DNA of 64,000 nucleotides. Source: Mobula hypostoma. Taxonomy: Eukaryota. How positions within the stretch are numbered: position 1 is the stretch's first letter; the number at the start of each line of letters is the position of its first letter. The notes beneath the pieces are model-generated. The model was not told where the DNA came from. It worked only from the letters and a program-made list of their open reading frames with translations, and searched no databases. Positions 1 through 12,300 of the stretch are shown piece by piece. The stretch is from assembly GCF_963921235.1 (NCBI RefSeq), contig NC_086100.1, positions 203,672,001 through 203,736,000 of the forward strand, given 5' to 3'. Position numbers and translations under genes: made by a program.

Positions 1-997
1 GAAGTGAGGGGAAAAGAGGGGGAAGGGGGAGAGAAGCAGAGAGGGTTATAAGACAAGGATGAAGGACAGGATGGTGGAGGGCAAAGGCCACTCAGCCCAT
101 CGAGCAGGTCCAGGTGCCCAAGGCCCCAGTTGTGTTCGAAGGGTGCGGAGAAGAGAGGCAGTGAGGACGGAGTGGAGGATAGAGGGTGGGCTGAGAGGGG
201 GAACGAGCATCGGCGGTGTTGGGTGTGGCGGTGAAACGCAGTGGGGGGTGGGCTCTTCCTCACCTTCTCTTGGGCCGGCAAGAAATCCTGGGTCAGGGAC
301 ACGACGCGGAACCGCACTGGAAGGCAAAGCGCAGAGTGAGACACCGGAAGGAACGATCCCTGACCCCTGACCTTCCCAGAAGGTGATGAACCCAATAACT
401 CTTCCACCACCCTCCTAACACACACAAATGCCGAGAGCGGCGGGAGGGGACATGGTCAAACGCCTTCTGACCTTTCACCTCCTGAGACCTGAGGCCAATT
501 CCTGGAAGATAGGAGGCCAGAAGGTCCTCGTCTGCTCCTACTTTGCCCAGTGTTAATCTCGGTTCGAGGGTTGCAAAGCATGGAAACCGCCCTTTGGCCA
601 AACCTCACACAGTGAATCCTCGCCCCCATCTGAGCCGGTTCTCTCTGCCCCCCCCCGGTTCATCCCGCTTCGCTCTAATCCCCTACTTTCCAACTTTGCT
701 TATACCATCGACCACTACCATTAGGCAAGTGGTCCATAGACACCAGGTTGGGAATCCCTGCTCTAAACCATCCCTATCCGTGTCCATGTTGGAGTGTTGT
801 TAATGTCCCTGCCTCAACCATTTCCTCTGGCAGCCCGTTCCACAGACGGACCACCATATCCCTCTAAACCTTTCCTCTCCGTGTCCCTATCCAGTGTGGT
901 GTTAATGTCCCTGCCTCTACCACTTGCTCTTGCAGCTCGTACCACAGACAGAGCACCCTCTGAGTGAAAATATTGCTCCTTGGGTCCCTGATAATTT

Positions 998-1700
998 GAG
1001 GTCATGGGTTAAGGGTAAAAGATGAAATCTTTAACCCTTACATACTGTTCATTTTCTTTACCTGCACAGCATGGTCCTGTTCAATTTTGACCCGACCCCT
1101 GAATCCCCTTATAAATACCAAATTTTGACCAGCGGTACTTGAAGTGCCGTCTGCCTCTTCCCCATGAGCATTGTTACAGTGATACAGCGTGCGACAGATC
1201 GATGTAGAATGGAATTAGCCTATCTGACATTAATAAATGGGTGATTCGTCCTTAATTAATGTTTCAGAGATCTAAAATCCATTTCAACAGATACGTGTCA
1301 AATTTGACCCAGAGCAGCTTCAATGTACAAAATTTTGTAGCACTTGTACAAAAGTATAACATTTTAAAATATTTTCATTTTTGCGCATTAGGTTCGTTTT
1401 AGGAAAGTCATCAAATTTCGGCTAAAAAAAATGGCATTTAGGGTGTTTTTACTGCTGTCAAATGTCGAAACGGTTCAATTTTGACCCGAACAGTATGTAA
1501 GGGTTAAGGGGGGGAACTCCTCACTCAGTGGAATGAGCTGCCAGCACAAGTGGTCGATGACACTTCGATTTCAATATTTAAGAGAGGTTTGGATTGGTAC
1601 ATGGATGGGACTGTCATGGAGGGCTAGGATCTAACTGCACGCTGACGGGACTAGGCAGATTGATAGTTCAGCGCAGACTAGGGGCTGAAGGGGCTGTTGC
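998..1700 (+). mobile_element. Decayed CR1 LINE 3' end, interrupted by a piggyBac-type MITE
   Basis: Resembles the CR1 ORF2 tail (gaggtcatgggttaaggg...cactcagtggaatgagctgccag...gggctgaagggg) on both sides of the MITE; joins up when 1035-1507 is removed. Confidence 0.65.
1035..1503. mobile_element. piggyBac-type non-autonomous DNA transposon (MITE)
   Basis: TTAA duplications at 1031-1034 and 1504-1507; perfect 16-bp TIRs CCCTTACATACTGTTC / GAACAGTATGTAAGGG; internal repeated AATTT(T)GACC motifs; no ORF. Confidence 0.9.
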
Positions 1701-1702
1701 TT

Positions 1703-4700
1703 ATAGAACATAGAACATAGAATAGTACAGCACAGTACAGGCCCTTTGGCCCACAATGTTGTGCCAACCCTCAAACCCTACCTCAAATATAAGCCCCCAC
1801 CTTAGATTCCTCCATATACCTGTCTAGTAGTCTCTTAAACTTCACTAGTGTATCTGCCTCCACCACTGACTCAGGCAGTGTATTCCACGCACCAACCACT
1901 CTCTGAGTAAAAAACCTTCCTCTAATATCCCCCTTGAACTTCCCACCTCTTACCTTAAAGCCATGTCCTCTTGTATTGAGCAGTGGTGCCCTGGGGAAGA
2001 GGCGCTGGCTATCCACTCTATCTATTCCTCTTATTATCTTGTACACCTCTATCATGTCTCCTCTCATCCTCCTTCTCTCCAAAGAGTAAAGCCCTAGCTC
2101 CCTTAATCTCTGATCATAATGCATACTTCCTAAACCAGGCAGCATCCTGGTAAATCTCCTCTGTACCCTTTCCAATGCTTCCTCATCCTTCCTATAGTGA
2201 GGTGACCAGAACTGGACACAATACTCCAAGTGTGGCCTAACCAGAGTTTTATAGAGCTGCATCATTACATCGCGACTCTTAAACTCTATCCCTCGACTTA
2301 TGAAAGCTCGCACCCCATAAGCTTTCTTAACCACCCTATCTACCTGTGAGGTAATTTTCAGGGATCTGTGGACATGTACCCTGAGATCCCTCTGCTCCTT
2401 CACACTACCAAGTATCCTGCCATTTACTTTGTACTCTGCCTTGGAGTTTGTCCTTCCAAAGTGTACCACCTCACACTTCTCCGGGTTGAACTCCATCTGC
2501 CACTTCTCAGCCCACTTCTGCATCCTGTCAATTACTCTCTGCAATCTTTGACAATCCTCTACACTATCTAAAACACCACCAACCTTTGTGTCGTCTGCAA
2601 ACTTGTCAACCCACCCTTCTACCCCACATCCAGGTCATTAATAAAAATCACGAAAAGTCGAGGTCCCAGAACAGATCCTTGTGGGACACCACTAGTCACA
2701 ATCCTCCAATCTGAATGTACTCCCTCCACCACCACCCTCTGCCTTCTGCAGGCAAGCCAATTCTGAATCCACCTGACCAAACTTCCCTGGATCCCATGCC
2801 TTCTGACTTTCTGAATAAGCCTACCGTGTGGAACCTTGTCAAATGCCTTGCTAAAATCCATATAGATCACATCCACTGCACTACCCTCATCTATATGCCT
2901 GGTCACCTCCTCAAAGAACTCTATCAGGCTTGTTAGACATAATCTGCCCTTCACAAAGCCATGCTGACTGTCCCTGATCAGACCATGATTCTCTAAATGC
3001 CCATAGATCCTATCTCTAAGAATCTTTTCCAACAGCTTTCCCACCACAGACATAGGGCTCACTGGTCTATAAGTACCCAGACTATCCCTACTACCTTTTT
3101 TGAACAAGAGAACAACATTCGCCTCCCTCCAATCCTCCGGTACCATTCCCGTGGACCACGAGGACATAAAGATCCTAGCCAGAGGCTCAGCAATCTCTTC
3201 TCTCGCCTCGTGGAGCAGCCTGGGGAATATTCCGTCAGGCCCTGGGGACTTATCTGTCCTAATGTATTTTAACAACTCCAATACCTTCTCTCCCTTAATA
3301 TCAGCATGCTCCAGAACATCAACCTCACTCATACTGTCCTCACCATCATCAAGTTCCCTCTGATTGCTGAATACTGAAGAGAAGTATTCATTGAGGACCT
3401 CGCTCACTTCCACAGCCTCCAGGCACATCTTCCCACCTTTATCTCTAATCGGTCCTACCTTCACTCCTGTCATCCTTTTTTCTTCACATAATTGAAGAAT
3501 GCCTTGGGGTTTTCCTTTACCCTACTCACCAAGGCCTTCTCATGCCCCCTTCTTGCTCTTCTCAGCCCCTTCTTAAGCTCCTTTCTTGCTTCCCTATATT
3601 CCTCAATAGACCCATCTGATCCTTGCTTCCGAGACCTCATGTATGCTGCCGCCTTCCACCTGACTAGATTTTCCACCTCACTTGTCACCCATGGTTCCTT
3701 CACCCTACCACTCTTTATCTTCCTCACCAGGACAAATTTATCCCTTACATCCCGCAAGAGATCTCTAAACATCGACCACATGTCCATAGTACACTTCCCT
3801 GCAAAAACATCATCCCAATTCACACCTGCAAGTTCTAGCCTTATAGCCTCATAATTTGCTCTATCCTTTTCTATGATAATTATCAAGGTCAGGGAGCGGT
3901 GGTCACTGTCCCCCAGATGCTCACCCACTGAGAGATCTGTGACCTGACCCGGTTCATTACCTAGTACTAGATCTAGTATGGCATTCCCCCTGGTCGGCCT
4001 GTCCACATACTGTGACAGGAATCCATCCTGTACACACTTAACAAATTCTGCCCCATTTAAACCCTTGGAACTAATCAGGTGCCAATCAATATTAGGGAAG
4101 TTAAAGTCACCCATGATAACAACCCTGTTATTTTTGCACCTTTCCAAAATCTGCCTCCCAATCTGCTCCTCTGTATCTCTGCTGCTACCAGGGGGCCTAT
4201 AGAATACCCCCAGTAGAGTAACTGCTCCCTTCCTGTTCCTGACTTCCACCCATATTGACTCAAAAGAGGATCCTGCTACATTACCCACCCTTTCTGTAGC
4301 TGTAATAGTATCCCTGACCAGTAATGCCACCCATCCTCCCCTTTTTCCACCCTCTCTATCCCTTTTAAAGCACTGAAATCCAGGAATATTGAGAATCCAT
4401 TCCTGCCCTGGTGCCAGCCAAGTCTCTGTAATGGCCACTACATCATAATTCCATGTATGTATCCAAGCTCTCAGTTCATCACCTTTATTCCTGATGCTTC
4501 TTGCTTTGAGGTACACACATTTCAGCCCTTCTACCTTACTGTCTTTACACCGTTTATTCTGCTTCTCTTTCCTCAAAGCCTCTCTGTGTTAGATCTGGCT
4601 TTACTCCATGCATTTCTTTCACTGCTCTATCGCTCTGGGTCCCATCCCCCTTGCAAATTAGTTTAAACCCTCCCGAACCATGCTAGCAAACCTACCTGCA

Positions 4701-4930
4701 AGGATATTGCTCCCCCTCGAGTTCAGGTGCAACCCATCCAATCTGTACAGGTCCCATCTTCCCCAGAAGAGATCCCAATGATCTAAAAATCTAAAACCCT
4801 GCTCCCTGCACCAACTCCTCAGCCACGCATTCAACTGCCATCTCCTCCAATTCTTACCATCACTGTCACGTAGCACTGGCAGCAATCCTGAGAATGCCAC
4901 CCTTGAGGTCCTGTTCTTCAGCCTTCTCTC
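1703..4930 (-). mobile_element. CR1 LINE, 5'-truncated within ORF1, frameshifted ORF2
   Basis: ORF1 SGNH-esterase-like C-terminus (4658-4969, DGLHLNSRG); APE endonuclease (3470-4576, ITETW, MGDFNFP, LGDSDH); RT (2619-3473, [21 protein letters not shown]; 1783-2544, VRPHLEYCVQFWSP); (TAGAACA)n tail at ~1703. Confidence 0.95.
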
Positions 4931-5579
4931 CTTATAACTCAGTCCCTCGAGTCCCGGCAACATCCTCATAAATCTCCCTGTACACTCTTTTCAGTTCAGT
5001 GGCATCTTTACACAGTAGGGCGACCAAAACCGAACACCGTACTCCAAGTGCGGCCTCGCTGACCTCTTGTACAGCTGCAACGTGACCTCCTGACTCCTGT
5101 ATTCAAAGCCTTGTCGAGGTCCCTTCTCTCGCATCAAGTTCCTGGGGACGTATTCCTTAAAGGAATCGTGGGGTGTTGGCTCCGGTGGGAATTAAGAAGA
5201 TTTCAGGGACATAGTTCCTTGTGATCTTCTCATCATTCCACTACCCTTCTTGAGCCCATGACCTCCTAATGATTAGGACTATGATTACCATCCGCAACCC
5301 ATTACCATGTTGGGAATGGAGATCCAAGATAGAGACCAAGACAAGATGTGGGACGTGGAATGGGGAGGCCTATCAGCGGCAGTGTCCAGCTCTCATCCCT
5401 CTGCACAGAAAGAGTGGGGAGTCCAGGAGGGACTGGTGGTGTACACTGAAAGATTAACGGCAATACCAAGGGCTGCTGGTGGGCTATGGGAATGTTTGGG
5501 TAGGGTGAGTTTGGAGAAGGTGAAACAATCTTTGGGACTGTTTCGACCTGCGTGGTGTTGATCTCCTCCACGGTTTTTG

Positions 5580-6130
5580 TTACCCCTCACACCCATGACC
5601 TGCAGATGAGGAGGGAAACTGTGGCAGATATGGAGTGCATAGACTAACCCCCCCAGGGAAGTGGGGGGAGTCCCCTCACACCCCTGACCTGTGACTGGGG
5701 AGAGGATAATGAAGGAGAAGTGGAATGCATGGACTAACCCCACCCACAGAAGTGTGGAGTGTTCTTTTCTACCCTTTATTTATAGATGGGGGAGAGGATA
5801 ATGCGGTGAATGTGGAATGCAGGGACTAACCTCAAACAAAGCAATGGGAAGCGTTCCCTTATAACCCTGAACAGCAGATTGGGTAGAGGGGAATGTGGCG
5901 GATGTGGAGTGCCTGAACTAAACACACCCAGGGACGTGGGGAGTGTCACCTCACCAACCCCCCCTTATAACCCTGACCTGTAGATGAGGGGAGAGGATAT
6001 TGTGGCGGACGTGGAGTGTATGGATAATCCACTGCCAGGGAAGTGGGGAGTGTTCCCTCACGCTCCTGATCAGTAGATTGGAGGAGAGACCACGTGGCAG
6101 ATGTGGACTGCCTGGATTATCGCTATCTGG
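5580..6130. repeat. Degenerate ~90-bp minisatellite, ~6 copies, in A2M-like intron 3
   Basis: Recurrent cccct..accctgacctg(t/c)agatg.gg.gaggata.tgtggc.ga.gtggagtgc..ggactaacc units near 5583, 5671, 5770, 5856, 5962 and 6055. Confidence 0.75.
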
Positions 6131-6211
6131 GGAGCCTCCCAGTGGCAGTACTGATAACCCTGCCCTTTGGCAGAGGGCGCATTCGGGACGGGCCTGTGCC
6201 TCGCCACTCAC

Positions 6212-6380
6212 CTGCCTGGCCAGGTTTGTACACGGGCTTGTCCGTCTGTACGAACGTCAAAGAATGCAGTTTCCTCAGGAGAACCTTCTTGGTAACATTG
6301 ATCGCCTCCGTCTGGCCGGATCCAATGACGGTGATGGTGGCCACCGAATTATATTCATCCTGCAGTTCAATGTCCGGCAC
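6212..6380 (-). CDS. A2M: Alpha-2-macroglobulin-family gene, exon 3
   Basis: cag|VPDIELQDEYNSVATITVIGSGQTEAINVTKKVLLRKLHSLTFVQTDKPVYKPGQA(G)|gtgagt. FVQTDKPxYKPGQ is the A2M/TEP MG2-start signature. Phase 0 start, phase 1 end. The paralogue identity (A2M/A2ML1/PZP-like) is not resolved. Confidence 0.93.
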
Positions 6381-6573
6381 CTGGGCACAGAACAATTGCA
6401 GGTCACAGGAAGGATAGTGGGAAGGTGTCAGCACGGCGCATTGACAGGGTGTGGAGCTGGGTTTAGAAGCAGCCGGTACAGTTCAGCACAAAGGCAGTGG
6501 TAGGGGACGAGGTGAGGGTGAGGACCGAGTTTGTCCCGATTTCGTGACACCCCCACCGCTCGCCGTCACTTAC

Positions 6574-6757
6574 GGTGAACTCCATACACCCTTGGTGACC
6601 GACGCCCGCCGTGTCCTTGTCCAAGAGGGTGGCGTTCATGAAGGCGTAGTGAAGAGTCACTCGGAGGGATCCGCCCCCTATCCCCGTGGGCTGGAGCACG
6701 CAGACCTTCTCCTGGGACCCGATCTGTATCTGCGACGGGATCAGCACCAGACCATTC
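6574..6757 (-). CDS. A2M: Alpha-2-macroglobulin-family gene, exon 2 (MG1 domain)
   Basis: cctccttttccag|G NGLVLIPSQIQIGSQEKVCVL...GHQGCMEFT|gtaagt; 184 bp; both A2M MG1 cysteines present; phases fit exons 1 and 3. Confidence 0.9.
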
Positions 6758-6984
6758 CTGGAAAAGGAGGCAGATCGCTCGGAAAGACTTGGGTCTGTCA
6801 CTCAAGATGAAAATCACTTTCCGAAACCCTGCAGACTGATGTACCCGCCGGACCGTGGGACAGAGTGAGAAACTGCTTGTTTTAAGGTGGAACCAGCTAT
6901 TTCGTGAATGGTTTGAAATTATTCTTTCTCTGAGATAATCTGATGCGCATGTGTGTAGTCATATGGATTGAGAAATCGCCCCTT

Positions 6985-7240
6985 TCCCGGACTGTAGGAC
7001 CGTCCTTCCACGGACTGAGAGACCGCCTGTTTGTCGGACTGGGGGATATTCTGCTCCACCGACTGTGGGTCCTCCTGTTGCCCAGACTGTGGAACTGCTT
7101 GTTTCACGGCTGAGAGACCGCCCTTTCCACGGAAATGGGACCTCCCGTTCTCCGAACAATAGGATCTCCCGTTCCTCGGACTATGGAAGACCCTGTTCCC
7201 CGGACTGTGGAACTGCCTGATTCCAAGACGGTGGGACCGA
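6985..7240. repeat. Degenerate ~24-bp tandem array (~11 copies)
   Basis: Units like ggactgtgggacc(t/g)cctgttcc(c/a)c; one further unit resumes at ~7765-7795 after an inserted element. Confidence 0.75.
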
Positions 7241-7755
7241 AGGTTGCTATAGCCGGGGATTACAGAGGATATGCTCCTACTACCTATAGTTCCACAGGGC
7301 GTGCGTCTCTATCAGCCTCTGACAACCAAGCCCGACTCTTGGCCTTCACGTGTGGCTTAGCTACTAGGCCCGGGGAAACTGTTTCTGCTGACAAGAGAAG
7401 GGGCAAAGGCGGACCCTTGCGCCTTAAAACCATTGCTTGGGTAGGCGCGGCCCATCAGCGTTGGCCGGCAGCTCGCCAAGGAGAAGGAGAACTGATGTTA
7501 AATCTCCGCTGCCTTACGGCCATACCCACCAATGGGAAAGGCTTCGGGAGTAAACCCCGAGGAAGAAATCCGGAGTCGGTGTCGCTAAGGCAGTTTGATG
7601 CTCACGACTTCACTCTGGCACCTCCGCGCCGACACTGGTGCCAAGCAGCATCGGCACTCGGGCTGCATCGGTGACGTTCCCGGCCTGCGCCCTGCACAGG
7701 GCGCTGTCCTGCAGCGGAGCAAACCCATGGTCCGCTCGCATCGACCCCTCCTGTG
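7241..7755 (+). mobile_element. Probable RTE-type retroelement 5' UTR fragment (non-autonomous insert)
   Basis: CpG-rich insert that splits the 24-bp array; motifs ggagaaggagaactga...aatctccgctgcctt...gagtaaaccccgagg resemble RTE 5' regions (recognition from memory, not searched). Confidence 0.5.
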
Positions 7756-7794
7756 ATGATGGAACGTCCTATTCCCCGGACTGAGGGACCGCCC

Positions 7795-9320
7795 GCCCCC
7801 CTCTCTCCACCTCTCTGTCCCATCTACACTCTCTCATTCCCCTACCCCACCCCGTCTACCCTTTCACCCCTTACCACTCTCCTTCCCAATTCAGCTTTCC
7901 TTCTTCCTCTCCTGCTTCTCTTCCTCCTTCGCTTTCTTTCTCTTCCTTTCTGTCACACCCTCTATCTCTCCCTCGTCTCACACCTTCCCTCTCTCGTATG
8001 TCTCCACACTCCTTTCCCGTCTGCCGTCTCACCCCCTCCTCCTCTTTCTCTCCCTCCCCTTAGGTCAACCCCTCTCTCCCTCCTCTCTCCCCTCTACCCC
8101 CGCTCTCTCCAGTCTCTCTCGACCCCTTTCCCCCTTCTCTCTCTGAACTCCCCATCACTCACCCACTCTCTCTTCCCCTTCTCTCAACACGCTCTCTCTA
8201 TCCCGTCTCACCTTCCCCCCTCTCTTCCTTTGTTCCTCCCTCCCCTCTCCCCCTCTCTCGATGGTCCCCTTTCATTCACCATCTCTCTTTCTTCCTCTCT
8301 CCCCCTCATCTTCTCACTCCCACTTTACCTGCCTTTGCCCCTTTAACCCACTCTCTGCCTTCCTCCCAATATTCCCCTTTCTTACCACGTCTCCCCTCCC
8401 TTTGTCTCCTCTCTTTACCCTTCTCCCTCCTCCTCTCTCATTGTCTGTTCCTCTTTTCCCCACTCTCTCACTCGCTATCTTTCCCTCCTCACTCTCACTC
8501 CCCCTACCATTCCCTCTCTGCATCTCTCTCGCCCACTCCTTCCACTTACCAACTCTCACTCTCTCTCGCCTCACTTGCTCCCCTCCTCTCCCCTTTCTCC
8601 CTCCCTTTCTGCCCCATTTCTCCTCCTCTCCCCTCGCTCACTCTGTCACCCTCTGTGCCTCCCTCCTCACTCTCCCTCATTCCCCGCAGCTCCCCCTCTT
8701 ACAGCTCCCCACTCTCTTGTCCCCCATTCAATGTCCTCCCCCTCCCGTCTATTGAGCAACTCTCACCCTCCCATCCCACACTCTCTTCACCTCTTTCATC
8801 CCCGCTCTCGGCTGTCTGTCTCGCTCTCCCCATCTCTCCCTCCCACGTCACTCCGCCGTTTCCCTATCCCCTCTGTCCCTCTATCCCTCACACACTCCAC
8901 GCGCTGTTATACTCTCTCTCCGCCCCTCTCCCCATATCTCATCTACCTCTCTGTCCCTCTCAACACCATTTCACCCACTTTCTCCTCTCCTTCCTCCCTC
9001 CACTCCCTCCCCCTGCTCTTTCCTACTCTCCCTGTTTCTCTCTTCCTCTCCCTTTTCTCTCGCTCCCTCTCTCCCACCGCACACTATCACCCCCTCCCAC
9101 CCAGCTCCCTAATCCCTCTCTTGCCTCTCCCCCGCAGCTAACTTCCCTCTCTCCCCCTCTTTCTCCCCTTTCTCCAACTCTCCACGTCTAAATTCTGCCC
9201 ATTCTCTCACGCTCCTCTGAATCTGGACTCTCTTCCTCCTCTTTCCCCCGGACTCCTGACCATAGTGTTTTATCTCCCCCCCCTCTCCCCCCCTCTCTCC
9301 CCCCCTCTCCCCCCCCTCGG
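7795..9320. repeat. Polypyrimidine (CT-rich) low-complexity tract
   Basis: ~1.5 kb of strongly C/T-biased sequence on the + strand. Confidence 0.9.
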
Positions 9321-9369
9321 GCATCACTGAACTCGTGCCTGAAAGGCCATAGTTGAAAGCTTAACATCA

Positions 9370-12300
9370 AAAGATATGTTTTGTATCAAAAGAGCAGTCA
9401 GGAAGGCCTTGGCAATGGATTAGCTCTGTTGGTAAGAGATAGAATTGCATCATTATAAAGAGGTGAGATGTGGCCAGAGTGTTGAATCTTTTTGGGTTGA
9501 GTTAAGAGATTGCAAGGGTTAAAAAAAAAACATCATTGGAATAATATATAGGCCTTAAAATAGGAGCTAAGATGTGGGGTTGATGTTGCAAAATAAGCTA
9601 GAAAAAGCATGTAATAAGGCTAATAACGCAATTTTAATGTGGGACTTCAATATGCAAGGGCATTGGAATATTAGGTTGTTGTCAGATCGCAAGGGAGGGC
9701 ATTTGTGGAATGCTTTGAGATAGCTTTTTCGAGCAGCTTGTGCTTGAGCCTACTCAGTGAAAGGTCATCTTAGTTGTATAATAATCCATATCTTATTAGG
9801 AAGCTTAATGTAAAGGAAGCCTGAAGGGACAATGATCACAATATAATTGAATTCATACTGCAACTTAAGGGGAGAAGTAAAAGTCACACACATAACTATC
9901 GCAATGGAATAAAGGGAATTACACAGGCATGTGAGTGGAGCTTACCCAGGTGGATTGGAGAGTAGTACTGGTGGGGATGATGGCATAGCAGAAATAGCTG
10001 GTGCCTGGGAATAGTTCACAAAGCATCGATGGATATGTCCCACAAAACAACTTCTCAAATGGCAGGGGCAGGCAACCGTGACTGACAAGGGAAATTAAGG
10101 GCTGAATAAAATCCAAAGAAAGGGCATATCAGTTACCAAAACTGAGCGGAAAGATGGATGATTGGGAAGTTTTTAAAATCCAACAAAAGACAACTAAAAG
10201 ATGAAACTAAAACAAAACTAAAAGGAAAAAGATGACATATGAGAGCAAACTAGCCAATAATACAAAGGATATAGTTTTCTCAATTACACGAAAAGTAAAA
10301 GGGAGGTGAGAGTTGATATTGGACCACTGGAAAATGATGCTCGAGAGTTCGTATTGGGGGACAAAGAAATGGCAGATGAACTTATGGGTGCTTTCCATCT
10401 GTCTTCCTTGTAGAATACACCAGCAGTGGGCAGAGGTCCGTGAGTGTCAGGGAGCTGTAGTGAGTTTTACTGCTGTTACAAAGAAAAAAGGTGCAAGGCA
10501 AACTCAGACTACATCCCAGAGTCCTGAGAGAGGATATTGATGAGATACCGAATGCATTGTTCATGAACTTTCAAGAACTAGTCGACTCTGGCATGGTTCC
10601 AGAGGAACGGAAAATCGCAAATGTCACTTCACGCTTTAAGAAAGGAGGGAGGCAAAAGAAAGGAAATTGTAGGCCAGTAAGTGGGCGTTCATCAGGGAAG
10701 CAACCAGTAAGGTGGGTAGTGGATATTCAAACTGGGATGCTCATAAGGCAATTGTAAGGTGTCACACACAAGGCTGTTCAACAAGATAAAATCCTATGGT
10801 GTTACAAGAAAGGAACTGGCATGTGTAGAGAAACGGCTGACAGACAGGTGTCAGGAACTGGAAATTTAAGGGGCCTTTTCTGTTTGCCTAGTGGTGATCC
10901 TCAAGGGTCAGTTTTGGGACCACTACTTTTCAAATTCTTTGTCGGCGATATCGACAATGTAATTGATGTCTTTGAAGTAAATTTGGTGGATGATACCAAG
11001 AAGTGAGGAGGGGCAGGTTGTGCTGAGGAAGCAATGTGATTGCAGCTAGACTTATGGCAAATTGGAAGAATGGACAAAAAGGTGGCAGATGGAATACAGT
11101 GAGAAATGATAATGCATTTTGCTGAAAGGAACAATAGTGCAGATAATTATCGAAATGAGGAGAAAATTCCCCATAGGTGCATAGTAACTTAGGAGTCCTC
11201 GTGCAAGACTCCCAGAAGATTACAGGTTTTACAGGTTAAAGGAATAGATTTCAAAGTGTAGAAATAGAATCTACTGAAGATGATTGTAATCATGTAGAAA
11301 TAGTTTAACTCTCTAAAGGATGCCTTGATAGAATCAGCAAAGTCAGTGATTCCTGAAAAAGAGAAAAAGCACGAAGAATAAATGGATGACAGATGAAATC
11401 AAAAATCTAATGGAAGAAAGGAGACGGAAGAAAGCAAATCCTATGGAATACAAGACCTTAGATAAAAAAGTTAAAAGTTTATGTCAAAAAGCCAAAGGAG
11501 AATGGTTAAACCAGGAATGTGAGCAAATAGAAAGAATCCCTATTACTGATCCAAAAAAGTTACATCAACAAATCAAGAATATCCCTGGTAAAAAGCTCCT
11601 CTGTTCTTGTTGGATGCTTGAAAGCAAAGGACTGTACCATTATCATGGAAGAAGATGAGATTATCAACAGATGGACTGAGTATATTCAGGAATTGTTTGA
11701 AGACAATCAAGGTGAAAAACCAGAAATAAAGAAGAACATTGATGGTCAAGTATTTTAAAATCTGAAGTCTGTAATGCAATAAATAAGATGAAGATAGGAA
11801 AGGCAGCAGGTCCTGATGAATTAGTGATAGAACAAATTATCGTCCTTGAAGATTATGGAATTGAAAAACTTACTGACATTTATGAGACTGGAATAATGCC
11901 AGAAGAGATGAAAAAATCAGTATTTATCACTCTTCCTAAGAAACCTGGAACAATAGGATGTGAGTTACAGAGGACCATAATTACAATGAGTCATATCACT
12001 AAGATACTTCTAAGAATTTTGATGACAAGAGCTAAAAGTAAGATACAAGCTAAAATAGGTAAATAACAATGTGGTTTTGTGAAAGACAAAGGCACAAGAA
12101 ATGTGATATTGCTGTTAAGGATACTGCTGACGATTTATAAGGCACTAGTCAGGCCGCACATGGAGTATTGTCAAGAGCTTTGTTCACAAATATCTCAGAA
12201 GTGATGTGTTGTCGTTGGAGAGAGTTCAGAGGATGTTCATGAAAAGGGGTTAACATATGCAGAGGGTTTGGCAGCTTTGGGCCTGTACTCACTGAAATTT

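Noticed and set aside
760..960. ~100-bp direct duplication
   Set aside because: Appears to be a duplicated decayed CR1 3' fragment; no further structure.
5390..5455. Minus-strand acceptor-like aatctttcag|TGTAC as A2M exon 4
   Set aside because: Translates VYTTSPSW..., not the expected VKFR(I/V)V-type sequence; exon 4 left unassigned.
6000..6810. + strand ORFs of 167, 107 and 119 aa
   Set aside because: Antisense shadows of A2M-like exons 2-3.
6985..7240. 24-bp periodic array resembling a CRISPR
   Set aside because: Units are head-to-tail and degenerate with no unique spacers; no cas genes; vertebrate context.
7753..9191. Several 160-200 aa Pro/Leu/Ser ORFs (similar ones at 12610-14169 and 34436-36341)
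   Set aside because: Low-complexity pyrimidine/purine tracts; no domain signal.
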